From the NCBI GenBank assembly GCA_017499595.2, contig JAFIQS020000016.1:124001-171784 (forward strand): 47,784 nucleotides of DNA, given 5' to 3'. Source of the DNA: Psilocybe cubensis. Lineage: Eukaryota. The position numbers and the translations under genes are program-made. Position 1 is the first letter of the stretch. Every line of letters starts with the position of its first letter. The notes under the pieces are model-generated. The model searched no databases. It was not told the DNA's origin and saw only the letters and a program-made list of their open reading frames with translations. Shown piece after piece: positions 46,301-47,784 of the stretch.

Positions 46301-47784
46301 GTATCTTAGATTGCCCAGCGCGGACAATCAGCTGTTCCACCGTCAAATCCTCCTCAAAATGAAGCCTCGAGGGATGAAGATGACGAAATGGTAGATAGTT
46401 CTCCGCTCCGGAATTCGCCTCGAGCTCCCAATTCGTCACCCCCGCTGGACTCAGACGACGAACATATGGAAGATGGGACAACACACCAAAGACCTGTTCC
46501 AAGATCAGCATCACCTCGGCGATATATAATTCCGGGTTTTTTTCCTACAAGATATACCACAATTCCACCATCTCAAAGACGCAGGGATTCTAACCGCGCG
46601 ACCCCTATCCCTCCTACAGGTCAGTCAGCAACAGAGCGATACTTTGCCGCTGCTATGCAACGGCTAGGGCGCCTTCCCGCTTCAAACTCTACCATAGCGC
46701 CTACCTCTGCTACCTCTGCGGTGAATGATCCTTACCGTGCTGCCTATCAAGCTCGTCATGCGACCCGCCCTACTGTCAGTCCTGTCGTTGATCGTACAGT
46801 TCCAGCGATGCCTACCACGCCAACCACGCCAAGACATTCGGCCTCCGAAGTGCGAACGTCTAACACATCTGTCCCTCCCAACTCCTCAACTGCAAATCCT
46901 CAACTCGCTGCCTATCAAGTGCGTCATGCAAATCGCTCTGGTGCCAGTACAAATCCTCAACTCGCTGCCTATCAAGCTCGGCACGCAGAACGCTCTGGTG
47001 CCAGTGCCCAGCGCGCAAAATCTCCTGCCACTGCTCAGCCGGCTCCTCCGATGGCCAACACGCCAAGGCATCCGACTTCGACCGTTACGGCTCCCAATAT
47101 GCCTTCAGACGATGATCAGCACCCTTCGCCACGACCCAATACCGATAACATGCTGATTGAATGTATACAAACTATGACTGCCAGTGTCAACGGCTTGCGG
47201 GATGATTTGGCAAACGGAAGAGGACCCAGAGTACGTCAGACGCCTACGAAAGTCAAGTCTCCCTTCAAAGAGAAGGCTCCAGCTAGGCCTCGTACAATTG
47301 ACCGCACACAGTTGACGGTATAGTTTTTACTACCTATATATCAATGCTTTACTTAAGCCCAGAATTTTTAGCAAGCAGTGCGCCTACATCTGCGCAAATG
47401 TCTCGATCTCCCTGCAGATCATCGTGACAGCCAAATCTACTCCGATCTTGATAATATTCACATCGCCGACGAGGTTGAAGTGGATCGTTTAGAGCGCCGA
47501 CGACGAGATCCTCCGACGATGACACCTTTCCAGTTGTATTTTGACAGAGTCAACACACAATGGAACCGTCACATGGCAAACCTCTTTGCAGATTCTTTAG
47601 TGCGACAATATCCAGAATATCGGGGGCAAGAGGAAGAAATTGAACAATGTTTCCTTCGGCGTCTCACTACTCTAAGGGATTACATGTCCAACGCCATGCC
47701 ACGGGGGGATGAAACTGAACAGGATGCGGGAAATAGACTGTTGATGGAGAAAGAGGGACGCGACCGGTTTAAGCGGGTTCGTCG
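43386..47784 (+). CDS. Large multi-exon protein with tandem repeats, long coiled coil and Pro/Ser/Thr-rich region; runs out of the window
   Basis: Long exon ORFs 43386-44390, 44530-45698, 46313-47317 and 47371-end, separated by ~55-nt introns. Confidence 0.7.
43651..43970 (+). repeat. 135-bp (45-aa) coding tandem repeat, about 2.4 copies
   Basis: ttgctccctctgtttctcagccc at 43651, 43786 and 43921. Confidence 0.9.
44931..45425 (+). repeat. 165-bp (55-aa) coding tandem repeat, 3 copies
   Basis: acgttacagc.gcagctccag at 44931, 45096 and 45261. Confidence 0.9.
46893..47006 (+). repeat. 57-bp (19-aa) coding repeat, 2 copies
   Basis: caaatcctcaactcgctgcctatcaag at 46893 and 46950. Confidence 0.85.

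Overview
Eukaryotic DNA, most likely from a mushroom-forming basidiomycete (Agaricomycete), judged from the short ~50-65 nt introns and the gene families seen. The window is almost all mobile or accessory DNA. (1) 4160-10303: an intact endonuclease-deficient Penelope-like retroelement (Coprina type) with 656-bp pseudo-LTRs, followed by two ~0.5-kb mini-copies separated by (CCCTAAA/CCCTAA)n telomere-like repeats. All four repeat copies carry a type I hammerhead ribozyme. A GC-AG intron and/or a -1 slippery site appears to switch between ORF1 and an ORF1-RT fusion. (2) The array is joined through telomeric repeats to a 5'-truncated Ty1/copia element (10301-14671), which looks like a fossil healed chromosome break. 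The copia 3' LTR holds an intron-bearing segment followed by its precisely spliced duplicate. (3) 20960-22070: a non-autonomous TIR element with a 9-bp TSD. (4) From 24028: a CACTG terminus with subterminal repeats inside a NACHT gene, followed by co-oriented host gene fragments (Msb1/Mug8-like, importin beta-3, dynactin p150), a CACTA transposase, a divergent Spt5-like NGN-KOW gene and a large repeat/coiled-coil gene. These may form one giant CACTA element running out of the window. All family assignments come from motif recognition by eye, without database searches.
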